A DNA stretch of 64,000 bases from an uncultured delta proteobacterium (lineage in GTDB: Bacteria > Myxococcota_A > Polyangia > Fen-1088), in contig CAVWIP010000017.1 in NCBI GenBank assembly GCA_963755125.1, positions 6,308 to 70,307 on the forward strand. The letters run 5' to 3'. The position numbers and the translations under genes are program-made. Below, piece after piece: positions 1-10,193 of the stretch. Position 1 is the stretch's first letter; each line of letters starts with the position of its first letter. The notes beneath the pieces are model-generated. The model worked only from the letters and a program-made list of their open reading frames with translations, was not told where the DNA came from and did not search any database.

Positions 1-200
1 CGACGGATGGACTGCTCCATGCAGTCGAAGATTTGGCGGCGAGTATAGCGGAAGTCGCCGGCGTGGTGGTCACTGAGAGCGCGCGTGCGCGCATCGGCCT
101 GGTCGACGTGGCCTACCGGCTCTCTGGGCAACCACGTCAGCGGCTGATCGATGGGCGCTTCCTCATTCGATGTCTTCCAGTCGCCCGCGAGACATGTCGC

Positions 201-758
201 CTATTTACGCTTCCGCTTCGTCACCGTGACACGGGGCTTTGTTGGGTATGTCCCGTCTTTGCATGCCCACACCGCCATCTTCGTGGGGGCCTTCCTGGGG
301 CCGGCGATCTGGCCAATGCTCCGGCACTTGGAATCGCCGAAAAGGTAGATGGAGCCATCGTTGTCGAGAATGCCTTCGGTCTTGAGAACCCGCTTGAAGC
401 CGTCTCCAGTGCCCAGGTAGAGGATTATCTTCCGATAGGCTTCGGCTAACTCAGGGTCGTTGCCCATGAAGGTATCCCCGATGACTATGTCGTTCAGACC
501 GTCGCCATTCAGGTCAGCCATGTACACGTACCAGCAGTGGTCGCCGTAGAAGCTGCTGTCTTTCTCGACAGACCGGCAGTAGCGCTCGTCTTTTTCAAGG
601 GACGGCAGCTTTGTGCCGGCGGGTACCTCGGCCGATATCGACAGCGCAACCCAACCCGCCGACGAGTCGGCCGCGCTCGGCTCGACCGCGAGGGTGCGGC
701 CTGAGCCAAGGCCAGCGAGCACGACAGCGAGTGTTGCCACCCTACAGATCGGATTCAT
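201..758 (-). CDS. secreted FG-GAP/VCBS-like repeat protein
   Basis: N-terminal signal peptide MNPICRVATLAVVLAGLGSG; DLNGDGLNDIVIGD Ca-binding FG-GAP-like motif; odd Lys-rich C-terminus suggests possible frameshift. Confidence 0.45.
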   Translation of the reverse strand: MNPICRVATLAVVLAGLGSGRTLAVEPSAADSSAGWVALSISAEVPAGTKLPSLEKDERYCRSVEKDSSFYGDHCWYVYMADLNGDGLNDIVIGDTFMGNDPELAEAYRKIILYLGTGDGFKRVLKTEGILDNDGSIYLFGDSKCRSIGQIAGPRKAPTKMAVWACKDGTYPTKPRVTVTKRKRK

Positions 759-958
759 ATCACATCATCCTTTCAGTCCGCCCCTTTTGGTCGCGGACAT
801 TCGGCCATCGCATTCCGTGAAATAGCACCACAGGATTACGTCCTCGCCCGTCTCCGTCGAAGAAGGCCATGTCTGGTTCTTCTGGAATACCTCTCGGCCT
901 GCAGCCGAACTGACCGCACGCCGCCAGCGCGACGAGGATGCGATAATGGGTTTCATGT

Positions 959-1528
959 TCAAGCGTCGCCGTTCAACGAGACGCGCATCGGCGCGACAGC
1001 GATCTTGCCGCAGAGCCTGCACCCCGGCTTTGTGCATGGCGCGACGCCTCGCCACTCGGGCGCGCCCGGCAGCCCCGGCGGCCGCACCTGACGGCAGTGC
1101 TGGTTCGCGCAGCGCCCGGAAGCGATCGCGTTGGTCGTGCGGCAGGTCTCGCAGAGCCAGGTCGAACTGGCGACCGGCGCCGCCACGTGAGCAGTTTGCG
1201 CGCGGAGTTTCGCGTTGTGCGAGTCACAGAGCTTCTTGGCGTCGACGATGGCCCATATCTGGAAGGCTACGGCCATGATGATGACGGCGAAACCGCCCGC
1301 ACCAAGGGTCTTCGAGGGCGTGCTGTTCACGCCAGTGACGACAGCGGCGGCGGTCATGGTGGTTCCGCAGGCGACAGCCAGGACGCCAAACCAAGCCAGA
1401 ACATAGAGGCCTATGGCGATGGCGAGGACGACAAAGCCGCGACCGATTCGGCCGGCGTACATCTGCCCGACGCCCGGCCAGAAGAGCGAGAGGACGGCCG
1501 CGACGCCGCCATTCTTGGTTTCCATCAC
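959..1528 (-). CDS. small membrane protein, TM2-like core (GxGQxYAGRIGRG) plus C-terminal Cys-rich zinc-ribbon-like tail
   Basis: motif WPGVGQMYAGRIGRG, two TM helices, paralog of next gene; CETCRTTN..CANQHC Cys cluster. Confidence 0.4.
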   Translation of the reverse strand: MMETKNGGVAAVLSLFWPGVGQMYAGRIGRGFVVLAIAIGLYVLAWFGVLAVACGTTMTAAAVVTGVNSTPSKTLGAGGFAVIIMAVAFQIWAIVDAKKLCDSHNAKLRAQTAHVAAPVASSTWLCETCRTTNAIASGRCANQHCRQVRPPGLPGAPEWRGVAPCTKPGCRLCGKIAVAPMRVSLNGDA

Positions 1529-1863
1529 ACCCCCCCTTTGATTGTGGCGTTATGGGCGACGCAGAGCCGCTTGGCGTCCATCATGCCCCAGATCCACCAG
1601 GCGACAGGGATGAGCACGGCGATGAAGCCGCCAACACCCAGCCCGGTGCCCGCGCCGGAAGTTGGTGTCCGCGCCGCAGTGGCTGCAAGATTGGTGGCCG
1701 TGCCGAAGCAACCGGCCATGCCGCCGAACCAACCGATCATGACCAGCGCCGGCGTGATGATCATCATGGTGATGCCGCGACCGATGCGGCCCGCGTAGAG
1801 CTGGCCGAGACCGGTCCAGAAGAAGGAGAGGACGATTGCCGTCCCGCTGCTCTTGGTTTCCAT
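1525..1863 (-). CDS. small membrane protein, TM2-like (paralog of 959..1528)
   Basis: WTGLGQLYAGRIGRG motif, 2 TM helices, DAKRLC conserved with neighbour; ATGA stop/start overlap with downstream paralog; GAGAGGAAG RBS. Confidence 0.45.
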   Translation of the reverse strand: METKSSGTAIVLSFFWTGLGQLYAGRIGRGITMMIITPALVMIGWFGGMAGCFGTATNLAATAARTPTSGAGTGLGVGGFIAVLIPVAWWIWGMMDAKRLCVAHNATIKGGV

Positions 1864-1888
1864 GGTCGCTTCCTCTCGGTGACTGCGG

Positions 1889-2629
1889 TTAGTAGACCTT
1901 TTTCGCGCGAAGTTCCTGCGACTGCTTCTTCAAGAGGGTCACTTCCTCGGGGGAGAGGTAGTCCCATGCCTTCTTCATGACGGCGGCGTACACCTGTTCG
2001 AGGGCGTGAGCGGCGCCGTTTGTGATGATGGTGTTGAGGCCGCGGCTGTCAGGTCGCTCGCCTGAACAGTCAGCCTCGGTTTGCGGGACATCGACCTTCT
2101 TGACCCAGATCTTCTCGCCGGAGAGCGGCTCGAGGAGCACGAAGGAGACGAAACCGGAGACGACGCAGGGGCCGGTGGCCTGGTAGATCTTGCCGGGCCG
2201 GGTTCCGAACATGTCGTCCTGATGATGTATATCCACGTGCGGAGCCGTGATGGTGATCCCGACCTGCGGGGTGAGCGTGAGATCGGCGGTCTTTTTGTCG
2301 ACGAACGTCATCGAATTCAGGTCGTCGAACGGTCCGGTCTGCTTGAACCCCTTCTTGCTGAACATCTCCTGGAACTGCGCGGTCATCGCCGTGTTGAAGG
2401 CGACGGCATTCTTGGCGCTCAGGTTGTCCGTGTTGGTCAGGCCCGCGGAATCAACTGGCCGGACGATGGCGATGGTCACATCCGACGCGGGCGCCTCGCC
2501 GGCCGGGTATGGGAAGGAGAACTGCGGCGCGTAGACCGGCACCGGTGGCGGTGCGCTCGCGCACCCCACGGTCAGCATAGGGGCCAGAGCCAGGGCAAAG
2601 ATAGTCAGGGACCTACGGATCGAGGACAT
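1889..2629 (-). CDS. lipoprotein of unknown function
   Basis: start MSSIRRSLTIFALALAPMLTVGC (lipobox LTVGC) preceded by AAGGAG RBS at 2634..2639; ORF track start further upstream is likely artefactual. Confidence 0.55.
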   Translation of the reverse strand: MSSIRRSLTIFALALAPMLTVGCASAPPPVPVYAPQFSFPYPAGEAPASDVTIAIVRPVDSAGLTNTDNLSAKNAVAFNTAMTAQFQEMFSKKGFKQTGPFDDLNSMTFVDKKTADLTLTPQVGITITAPHVDIHHQDDMFGTRPGKIYQATGPCVVSGFVSFVLLEPLSGEKIWVKKVDVPQTEADCSGERPDSRGLNTIITNGAAHALEQVYAAVMKKAWDYLSPEEVTLLKKQSQELRAKKVY

Positions 2630-2688
2630 GTGAACTCCTTTCTTGAACTTGCGACCACGAACATCCATCTGTGCTGAAACTCGCGCGC

Positions 2689-2720
2689 ACTCCGCGCACA
2701 AGCCGCCTTGTGCGCGGAGT
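2689..2720. promoter_or_regulatory. perfect 14-bp inverted repeat with 4-nt loop in divergent promoter region (candidate operator)
   Basis: ACTCCGCGCACAAG ccgc CTTGTGCGCGGAGT between lipoprotein start (2629) and recombinase start (2751); no U-tract so not an intrinsic terminator. Confidence 0.3.
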
Positions 2721-2750
2721 AGCTCGCCTGAAGACGGCTTGGTCGGTACC

Positions 2751-3704
2751 ATGGAGGTACGCGATATGGACCAGGCCATCGCCGACTTCACCACCCACCT
2801 GCGCGACCGAAACCGGTCGCCGCTCACCGTCGCCCGCTACACCGACCTGCTCCGTCGGTTCGCTCGGTTCGCTTGCGCCGAGCTTCACCAGGACACGGTC
2901 ACCCCTAGCCAGATCGACAAAGCTCTGGTTGTTTTGTTCGTCCGGGAAGGTGGAGTGATCGGCGCTCAAGCATCGGCAGCAACGAGAAATAGCCGGCTCG
3001 CGGCTATCCGAGGGTTCTTTCGCTATCTGGTGGCGGAAGACCGCCTCGCGCGAGATCCGACGACCAGCATCCACTCAGCGAGCCTGCCAGAACGAGTCCC
3101 GACTTTCCTGACCGCGGAGGAGTTCACAATGCTCCGGCGCGCGGTGGAGGGTAGCGCTGCCGAGTTCTACCTTCGGCGTGACTCGGCGATCTTGGTCACT
3201 CTCTGGAACACCGGTCTACGGCTGGCAGAGCTGCTTTCCTTGGATTTGTCGGTGGTCGACTTCGGGGCCGAGGTCTTCCGCACCGTACGCAGAAAAGGCG
3301 GGAAGATCCTGCCCGTCTACTTCAACGTCGACGTGACCATAGCCCTCCGTCGGTGGCTATGGCAGCGCAAGGAATACCCGAATGCCGCCACCAGTCCCGC
3401 CTTGTTCTTGAGTGACCGCGGTCGGCGGTTGAGTTCGCGCGCTGTGGAGGATCTCGTAGGCAAATATGCGAAGCTCGCCGGCATCAAAAAACACGTCACG
3501 CCGCACGTGCTAAGGCACAGCACGGCCACGGCCTTGATCCGCGCGGGAAATGGGATCGAGGTCGTGGCCGACGTGCTCGCGCACTCGTCATTGGATACGA
3601 CGAGGCACTATATCCATCTCGTGGGAGAGCAGGTGCATGCCGCCGTTGCCTCGCTCGCCCAGCCTCCCCGGCGGCAAGTCACAAAAAGAAATACGGCTGT
3701 CTGA
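2751..3704 (+). CDS. tyrosine site-specific recombinase, XerC/XerD-like (phage integrase family)
   Basis: N-terminal SAM-like core-binding region (ADFTTHLRDRNRSPLTVARYTDLLRRF), catalytic R..HxLRH..R..Y pattern (VTPHVLRHSTATALI, TTRHYIH). Confidence 0.8.
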   Translation: MEVRDMDQAIADFTTHLRDRNRSPLTVARYTDLLRRFARFACAELHQDTVTPSQIDKALVVLFVREGGVIGAQASAATRNSRLAAIRGFFRYLVAEDRLARDPTTSIHSASLPERVPTFLTAEEFTMLRRAVEGSAAEFYLRRDSAILVTLWNTGLRLAELLSLDLSVVDFGAEVFRTVRRKGGKILPVYFNVDVTIALRRWLWQRKEYPNAATSPALFLSDRGRRLSSRAVEDLVGKYAKLAGIKKHVTPHVLRHSTATALIRAGNGIEVVADVLAHSSLDTTRHYIHLVGEQVHAAVASLAQPPRRQVTKRNTAV

Positions 3705-3988
3705 CCTCATAGTTCAAGAGAAACAATACCGCGCTGTGTCGGTGGACCCAGCACTTGGCGTTGGAACCGGGCCACGGTTTGGACTGAGCGCGCAATTCCC
3801 GATCATGAAGGTCGACACGAATGTGATTCACGCCTTCCTCCAAATGTGAGCTGTCCAACGACGACATCAAGTCGCTGGAGGGATGGTGAAGGGATCGAGA
3901 GATGTGGGTGAGTCCCTCGTTGACCACAGCCGCGATCGTCGTTCCATCAGTCGAAATGAAACTCCATCCCGATGGAAGACAGGGACTG

Positions 3989-5164
3989 CTAGCCGCCGCC
4001 TCCGACGGCGGGCTTTCCGCCAGGGGGCTTTGCGCCCTGGGCCTTTCCGCCCCCGCTGCCGCCAAAGAACAGACTTGCGACGTCGAATGTTCCGCCGATT
4101 CCAGCAGTCCAAGTCCAAACTTTCGAGTCGACCCCGACTTTCCCTGCCAGCGCTTGGGGTGACGTCGTGGACGCATTTCCAGGACTCACTGAGCTTGGCA
4201 CAGGATAAGCCGCACCAACGTCTTGTTGCACGTACGACTCGGTCACGCCGAACAGGAAATGTATGGCTGGGATGGGCGCCACCACGAGACCGACTGAGAA
4301 TAGCGGCCTTACACTGCGTGATCCTGTGACGAGTCCCGTGATGGTGTTACCCTGCGCGGTCAACACCGGCGTCTTTCCGTCAGAAAACATCAATGGCTGG
4401 TAGAGCGTTGTGTTGGTCTGGAATTGGGACGGTATACCACCAAACAGACCGATCCGACTGTAAATGCAGCTTCCCAATAGCGGATGAGAGTAGTACCGAT
4501 CGCGAGCTTCTTCGTGCCTACTGTGAGGATTCCTTTGAATGTCGGCCAAAATCATTCTAGTGTTGTCGTCGAGTTGACGGTTCGTCGCGTACGCGGCGTA
4601 CTCAGCATTAGCAACCTGGTCAAGCGCCGGTTGTTCCACCTTACTGTCATCAAAAGCCGACCGTGTGCAATACTGCACGTGTTTACTCACATCCTGATGA
4701 CGAAGGTAGCCTACCATGTAGCGAACCCACGTTCCCGGAAACACGGCAACATACGGCAAGGTTCCCGTCGTTGTTGAGTTCACTGCATTTCCGGTCGAGT
4801 TTGGCTTCGGAATCTGGACGATAGCCGCAGCTCCAGCGGCAAACCCATATTGAAGAAGTGCACCGCTTTGCAACTCCTGCCCAATATCCTGCTTTGAGGC
4901 ATCCTTTGAGGCACACTGCACGAGACACTGCGAGGCGCTATTCTGATCGGGCTGTGTGGACCGCCGGTGGGCGTCCGAATCAGGCGATGGGGTATCCTGC
5001 GATTTTGGGATCGCCTCTGCCGTTGGACTTGCAGACCTCGGCGTCGAACCCTCCTGGGAGGTCTGGGTTTCCACCTGCTGCGCAGAAGATCTCGTGGAGA
5101 TAGTGCTCGCAAGCGTAATGCCAGTCACTACCAGCCAGTTACATCGTCGCAATCGAGTTGCCAT
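3989..5164 (-). CDS. secreted hypothetical protein (Gly-rich C-terminus), lower-GC region
   Basis: signal peptide MATRLRRCNWLVVTGITLASTIST; local GC visibly lower than flanks; no recognised domain. Confidence 0.4.
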   Translation of the reverse strand: MATRLRRCNWLVVTGITLASTISTRSSAQQVETQTSQEGSTPRSASPTAEAIPKSQDTPSPDSDAHRRSTQPDQNSASQCLVQCASKDASKQDIGQELQSGALLQYGFAAGAAAIVQIPKPNSTGNAVNSTTTGTLPYVAVFPGTWVRYMVGYLRHQDVSKHVQYCTRSAFDDSKVEQPALDQVANAEYAAYATNRQLDDNTRMILADIQRNPHSRHEEARDRYYSHPLLGSCIYSRIGLFGGIPSQFQTNTTLYQPLMFSDGKTPVLTAQGNTITGLVTGSRSVRPLFSVGLVVAPIPAIHFLFGVTESYVQQDVGAAYPVPSSVSPGNASTTSPQALAGKVGVDSKVWTWTAGIGGTFDVASLFFGGSGGGKAQGAKPPGGKPAVGGGG

Positions 5165-6275
5165 AGAGCCTCGCGGTGCGCTGAGTTATAGGAAAGGCTC
5201 CACCAAACTAGGGATAAGTCATCGACGTGTCAAGAAATGTCAGGCATGTGTCGGGCCTGACTGCCAAAGAGCATTCTCCAGAAAGGGGTCGTGGAAAACC
5301 ACGACGGCCGCACCTTCGCGTCGCGCGTGGCTCCACCGCCTGCCCCCATGGCTCATTCGTATTCCTCGTCGCTGCATGGATATGGAAGCCGAACTTGCCA
5401 GAGAGGCAGCCCCAGCGCCTCGGTTTGAACACGCAAAGTCTCGGTACGAACCGCGCGCATGGCGACACGCTAGAAGGTCTAGTTTACCGTGGTGAGGAGG
5501 CCGACAACTTGAACTTCCCTTTCTTGGCGAAGGATGTGAAGCCCCAAGGCGCTGTCCTTGCCGCGTTCCACGAAGGCTACACCTTGGGCAGCCCACTCGG
5601 TGAGAGCGCCTTCGGTGCCGGATAGACGGAAACAGCTCTCACACCCTCGGTTTACTTCCTTACGTCCGGGGCATCACCATGCATCTTGATCTGGCGATCT
5701 GGCGGGGACAGCCCCGGGCGGCAAGAACCGGCTTTTCTTCAAACTCAATGCGCTTGACTTTGGTCAAACGCCGAGTCCATCATCTCCGATTGGGAGCGCG
5801 CACAAGGCGGCTTGTCTGACGAGTAATTGTTGCGCGAATCCATTGGTTCCTCCGCGTGGTTGTCGCGAAAAGATGGTCGCATATGGGAGAGCCTTCAAGC
5901 CGCAGTGTGATGTGCGCCGAGTAGACCAGAGCCAGGAAAGGAAGGTCGGCTGCGGAGACGAATGTGGCGTGGAATGGCCGTTCCACGCAGAATCTGTCGT
6001 CGCAGTACGAGCACGAGGCCGCCTCGCTCGCCTCGGGCAAACGCCCCGATGAGATTCCCGAGAGCGAATGCCCAATTGTGCTCAGGCGGATCATTCCCGT
6101 CATCGCATGAGCTCCTGATGCGGTTCCGCGCGCCCGACTGGGCCATCTCGGCCGCGCACTTCTTCGCCCCGCGGTTCGGCCGCCACGCGGTTCCCGATCG
6201 CGTCCACATCCTGAACCGGCTCGCGACCGCCAAAGAGTGTCCGTCCGCTCCCCGAGATGAGGCAGCGGTCGATTC

Positions 6276-6920
6276 TCACAACCGGATCGAGGTGAGTTTC
6301 TTCCTAATCCACCAGACCACTACGCCGAGGTATTCAGGGAGATCGCCATCTTTCGGCGTCTGAAGGTCCCGTATCTTCTTCTGAAGCATCCTCGTGGACC
6401 ATCGGCCGGGGCTGCGATGAGTCATCGCCTCAATGACGCCATCGAGTTTGGCGCGACGGTTGTTGCAGAGAAACTTGCGGTTGAGCCCAAGCACCTCGTC
6501 GAGTTCCCTGTCGAGGGTCCTATCGTCAGCGACTACTCGACCGTCGGCTGAGTATTCAACTTGGTCGTCGATGATGTGCTTAGTTGGATCTAGCACAATC
6601 GAGCGATCGCCCTTGCAGGTATCGCAATGCTGTTCTGTAGGCGGCTTGCCCTGTCCACCAAGGCAGGCCGCCAGCAGATTGTTCCAGTCGAGCTGTAGTG
6701 CTTGAAACTCCGATTGTGATCTCCGGTGCTCGATCTTCACTCCGGTTGGATTGTCAGAAATCCGCTGCATGCAGTAGCAACACAGGTTGCCTTGATCTCG
6801 AAGGAGTGCCATTCGGAGGTCGCTCTTGCAGGAGCCACTCAGGTTCCCGAATATGACTGCTCCATCCCGTTTTTCCTTCGTGAGAGACGACGGTTCCCGG
6901 CCTTTCTTGAAGTATCTCAT
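6276..6920 (-). CDS. ptuB: HNH endonuclease (TIGR02646-like), Septu PtuB-like
   Basis: Cys/His HNH-like cluster CCYCMQRI..IEHRRSQSE..HCDTCKG; ATGA overlap with upstream ATPase gene. Confidence 0.55.
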   Translation of the reverse strand: MRYFKKGREPSSLTKEKRDGAVIFGNLSGSCKSDLRMALLRDQGNLCCYCMQRISDNPTGVKIEHRRSQSEFQALQLDWNNLLAACLGGQGKPPTEQHCDTCKGDRSIVLDPTKHIIDDQVEYSADGRVVADDRTLDRELDEVLGLNRKFLCNNRRAKLDGVIEAMTHRSPGRWSTRMLQKKIRDLQTPKDGDLPEYLGVVVWWIRKKLTSIRL

Positions 6921-8266
6921 TGGTGGCCGAGAAACTGCAATAATGAGCGTAGTCGCACGATTTCTGCATCGCGATCGGTGAGCGTTGTTGCCAAGCGGTC
7001 GACAGCCTTCTTGGCATCTATCAGCTTCTCAACGTCGATGAGACCTGCAATTCTTCGCAACTCGGTCGCTTGCTTGTCTGGGCGACTGTGGGTGCCCATG
7101 ACTTCTTCCAGGATTGCATTCATATCTCGACCTAGTGTTGGGCTGTCGGGCACGGTCACAAGCAGTTCCTCGCCATCGCGGCTTAGGCTTCGAACGGAGC
7201 ACAAGGGGACATCGGCGAGTACGAGGGGTGAATGGGTCGTCACTATGAACTGGACGTTTGGAAAGGCTCGTCGAAGTCGAGTGAGGATGTCCCTCTGCCA
7301 GGCTGGATGAAGGTGTAACTCGATCTCGTCAATGAGCACCCAAGCCGGAATCCTGAGGGACGCCGCAGGCGTCTTGCCATTGCGTTCGCCGATCATCGCA
7401 AGACGTCTTGCCAGATCGGCAACGAGGGCGATCAGGCTGCGTTCGCCGTGAGAAAGTTGGTCGAGTAACAGATCTATTCCGGCCTTGTGTATGGCTACCT
7501 TTGGAATGGGCTTGCGTCTGACGTGAAGATCCTTGAAGCTCGGGAGAAGCGTCTCGACTGCGAGGCGCACGGCGTCGAGTTGTCTGTCCGTGGGGCGACG
7601 CCGGTCCAGGCGACTGGGGCGCGCAATGGCCGCATTCTCCGCGTCCTCACGTTCGCGAAACCACTGGGCAAACCATCGAAAGGTGGCTCCACCGATTCCC
7701 AAGGAATCCTCGTAGGGATTATCAGCATGCGGCCGGTCGGCGTCCTTGATGGTCGCTGCTGAGGAATCGACGTTTGCTCGATCAACCGAATAGTGAATTG
7801 TCAGCGGGATGTCTGCCCATGGTTCTCCAGACGCATCGAAGAACTCGCGAACAAGTGCCTCATTTTTAGGTTGGATGACTTCCCGAGCGATGCCATCCCG
7901 CTTGCCAACGTATGCCTGAAGTGGCCAGCCGTATGTTCGTGCTCGCTTCTTGTTTCGCCATCGAACGGCGAAGGAGACCTCGCAGCTCATCCGATCACGA
8001 CCGACAGAAATGTCACTCGCAGACGTGTTGCGGCTAATGGCTACCTTCTCGGCATGAGGTCTGGTCATGAGTTCGGCCGGGCCGTTTAGCGACATGAATA
8101 GGGAATCGAACATGTGATGCAGGCAGTCGAGAATCGCGGTCTTGCCTGTACCGTTTTTTCCGAAAAGGACCGTGAGGGAGGGGTCGAAGGTCGCCGTGGT
8201 GTCGTGAATGCCACGGTAGTCGCGCATAGTCAGGGACCTGATTACCGGTAGTCCGGTCTCAACCAT
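6917..8266 (-). CDS. ptuA: AAA/ABC-type ATPase, Septu PtuA-like
   Basis: Walker A VLFGKNGTGKT, ABC signature-like LSHGERSLIAL, Walker B WVLIDEIELHLHP, H-loop IVTTHSP; ATG at 8266 (alternative TTG at 8302). Confidence 0.6.
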   Translation of the reverse strand: MVETGLPVIRSLTMRDYRGIHDTTATFDPSLTVLFGKNGTGKTAILDCLHHMFDSLFMSLNGPAELMTRPHAEKVAISRNTSASDISVGRDRMSCEVSFAVRWRNKKRARTYGWPLQAYVGKRDGIAREVIQPKNEALVREFFDASGEPWADIPLTIHYSVDRANVDSSAATIKDADRPHADNPYEDSLGIGGATFRWFAQWFREREDAENAAIARPSRLDRRRPTDRQLDAVRLAVETLLPSFKDLHVRRKPIPKVAIHKAGIDLLLDQLSHGERSLIALVADLARRLAMIGERNGKTPAASLRIPAWVLIDEIELHLHPAWQRDILTRLRRAFPNVQFIVTTHSPLVLADVPLCSVRSLSRDGEELLVTVPDSPTLGRDMNAILEEVMGTHSRPDKQATELRRIAGLIDVEKLIDAKKAVDRLATTLTDRDAEIVRLRSLLQFLGHQ

Positions 8267-8409
8267 GGGCACCAGCTTCGCAGATGGACAGCAAAGCGAC
8301 AACTTCTCATGTTCCCCAGCATGGTGCTATGCGACGACAGAGACGCCAGAGCTGTGCTTCATGGGCGGGGCCACACCGGCCCGACCGGAAATTCGGGGAT
8401 CGTCTACAG

Positions 8410-9720
8410 CTAGCTGCGCAAGTGGGCAAGCTGCTCATCGAGCCGCTCGCGGAGCTCGGCAGACTTCCTCGCTGATACGACGTCGCCAGACTCCTTGAAG
8501 AGCTTCTCTGCGACGCTGAGATCGGCAATCTGCGCCTTGAGGTTGTCCTCGTTCCTCGGCTTCAGCGGGAACAAGGAGTGGGTCATCTTGTATGCCGCTT
8601 GGTCGAAGGTGGCGTCAATGTGACGCAAGAGTTCCTCGGCTTGCTTGAGGTAGTCCTTGGCCCGCTCCGTCTGTCGGGCCTTGAGCGCCCAGCGTGCCGC
8701 CGTGGTTTCAGCTTGGGCGGAATCGCGGCCGACGCCGAACTCGTGGCAGACGAGCAGGCACAAGTCGACGAGGTCAAGGCAGACATCGTCCGGATCCAGG
8801 TTCTGCCTCTTGCGTGCCGCCCGCCGGGCGAGAGCTGTATTGAAGAGCGCGCCCTGGAGCGACTGGTAGTCGCCCACGATGCCAGCGAGCACGGCGGCGC
8901 GCAGATGGAGGATGGCGCTCTCTTCGGGGTGATCGTGCCGCCTTTCCAGGATGCCGAGGATATTGAGCACGGAGATGAGTGACGAGATGTCGCCGCTACT
9001 CTCCAGCTGGGCTGCCATGCGACGAAGCATGTCGAGGCCGACCTCGACATCGCCGAACCGCTGGCCGAAAGCCCAGAGGGCCTTGAGTCGGGCGGCCACT
9101 GCCCGCCCGACGGGGTCTTTGCGTTTGCTCCATCTTGACTGGATGTCGCCGAGGAGATCGGCGTCGGCATTGAGAGCTGCCCGGCCCTTAAGGAGCGCGA
9201 CCCAAGCCGCAACGGGGACGTCCGACTTGTCATCGCCTAAATCATCAAGGCCTTCCAGGCTGGCCAATGCTTGCTCGGCGGAGCCTCTCTGTACCAATGT
9301 CGTCGCCTCGACGAGGGCCGCCAGTATCTTCGGCCAATCGTCGGATACCGTCGCCGGCACGCTACGCGATGCCAGCCATGCGCTCACTGCCTCGCGGTCG
9401 GGGAGGAAGGCGACCTCCTCGGGCGGCAGGCTGAGCTTCCAAGCACGGGTCTTCCCGTCGCAGCCCGTAAGCGATCGCGACTCCGCGTCCAGGCCGTCGA
9501 GATGACGGGCGACCTCTTTGCCGATGCTTGACGGCTTCTTGTGGCGCCAATCGCCGATCCTCCGCAGTTCATCCGGGTAGATGAAATCCTGCGCACGAAC
9601 TGGGTTCGTCCGCATCAGCGCGAGGGCCGCATAAAACTCAAACCATTGGCCCTTCGGGAACGAGTTTTTCCCGATGGTCACTGTCCCGTGGTCGAGGTCG
9701 ATTTGCGCGTGTGAATCCAT
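8410..9720 (-). CDS. hypothetical helical protein (436 aa) upstream of Septu-like pair, same strand
   Basis: Ala/Leu-rich helical repeats, no catalytic motif recognised; GGGAG RBS; 108-bp gap to ptuA. Confidence 0.45.
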   Translation of the reverse strand: MDSHAQIDLDHGTVTIGKNSFPKGQWFEFYAALALMRTNPVRAQDFIYPDELRRIGDWRHKKPSSIGKEVARHLDGLDAESRSLTGCDGKTRAWKLSLPPEEVAFLPDREAVSAWLASRSVPATVSDDWPKILAALVEATTLVQRGSAEQALASLEGLDDLGDDKSDVPVAAWVALLKGRAALNADADLLGDIQSRWSKRKDPVGRAVAARLKALWAFGQRFGDVEVGLDMLRRMAAQLESSGDISSLISVLNILGILERRHDHPEESAILHLRAAVLAGIVGDYQSLQGALFNTALARRAARKRQNLDPDDVCLDLVDLCLLVCHEFGVGRDSAQAETTAARWALKARQTERAKDYLKQAEELLRHIDATFDQAAYKMTHSLFPLKPRNEDNLKAQIADLSVAEKLFKESGDVVSARKSAELRERLDEQLAHLRS

Positions 9721-9944
9721 GTGAATCGGTGCTCCCGTAGCCTGACCTTTGCCGCCTCGGTGGCGCCTTCAGGGCGCTCCGGGGCGGCGGAAAGGAGGCT
9801 CGAAGCGATGCATGGATGATAACGCGCCAAGGCGGAATTGAAAAGAGACAGACATGAACTGAAGCCCAAACCCCTCGCCCCCGGCAGTCGAAGCCGCCGG
9901 GGCACCCGCTCCGAAGAACAACAAAGAGCACCAAGGAGAATGAC

Positions 9945-10193
9945 ATGAACGCCAAGAAGAAAGAACCGAACGAGTGCCGGAACCTGGAAGAGCAGAGAAA
10001 CCGCGAATCAATCCGCCCGCGCAGCGCCTGTGCTGGTGAGGTTCGCCACCACCGCGAGTGCGCCTGCGGCCGACCGCGTTCGCTCGTCCGCCACGGGCGC
10101 CGCTGGTACCGCTTGGGCGGCTGCCGGCGCTGCTTGGCCGCCCCAGCGGCGCCAATCGCGGCGTCCTCACTGAAAGGAGGCGGCCATGCGTAG
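9945..10193 (+). CDS. small Arg/Cys-rich protein (possible leader or regulator of downstream module)
   Basis: strong AAGGAG RBS 5-10 nt upstream of ATG 9945; overlaps start of next gene by 8 bp; composition unusual so uncertain. Confidence 0.25.
   Translation: MNAKKKEPNECRNLEEQRNRESIRPRSACAGEVRHHRECACGRPRSLVRHGRRWYRLGGCRRCLAAPAAPIAASSLKGGGHA

Noticed and set aside
2711-2728. tgcgcggagtagctcgcc resembling tRNA-Gly 5' end
   Set aside because: Only ~14/17 match, opposite orientation, part of the palindrome. Likely chance in GC-rich DNA.
5165-6275. cluster of short overlapping ORFs between secreted-protein gene and ptuB
   Set aside because: No frame with start context or motif. Treated as non-coding or decayed. 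A retron-type ncRNA was considered but no RT gene is present.
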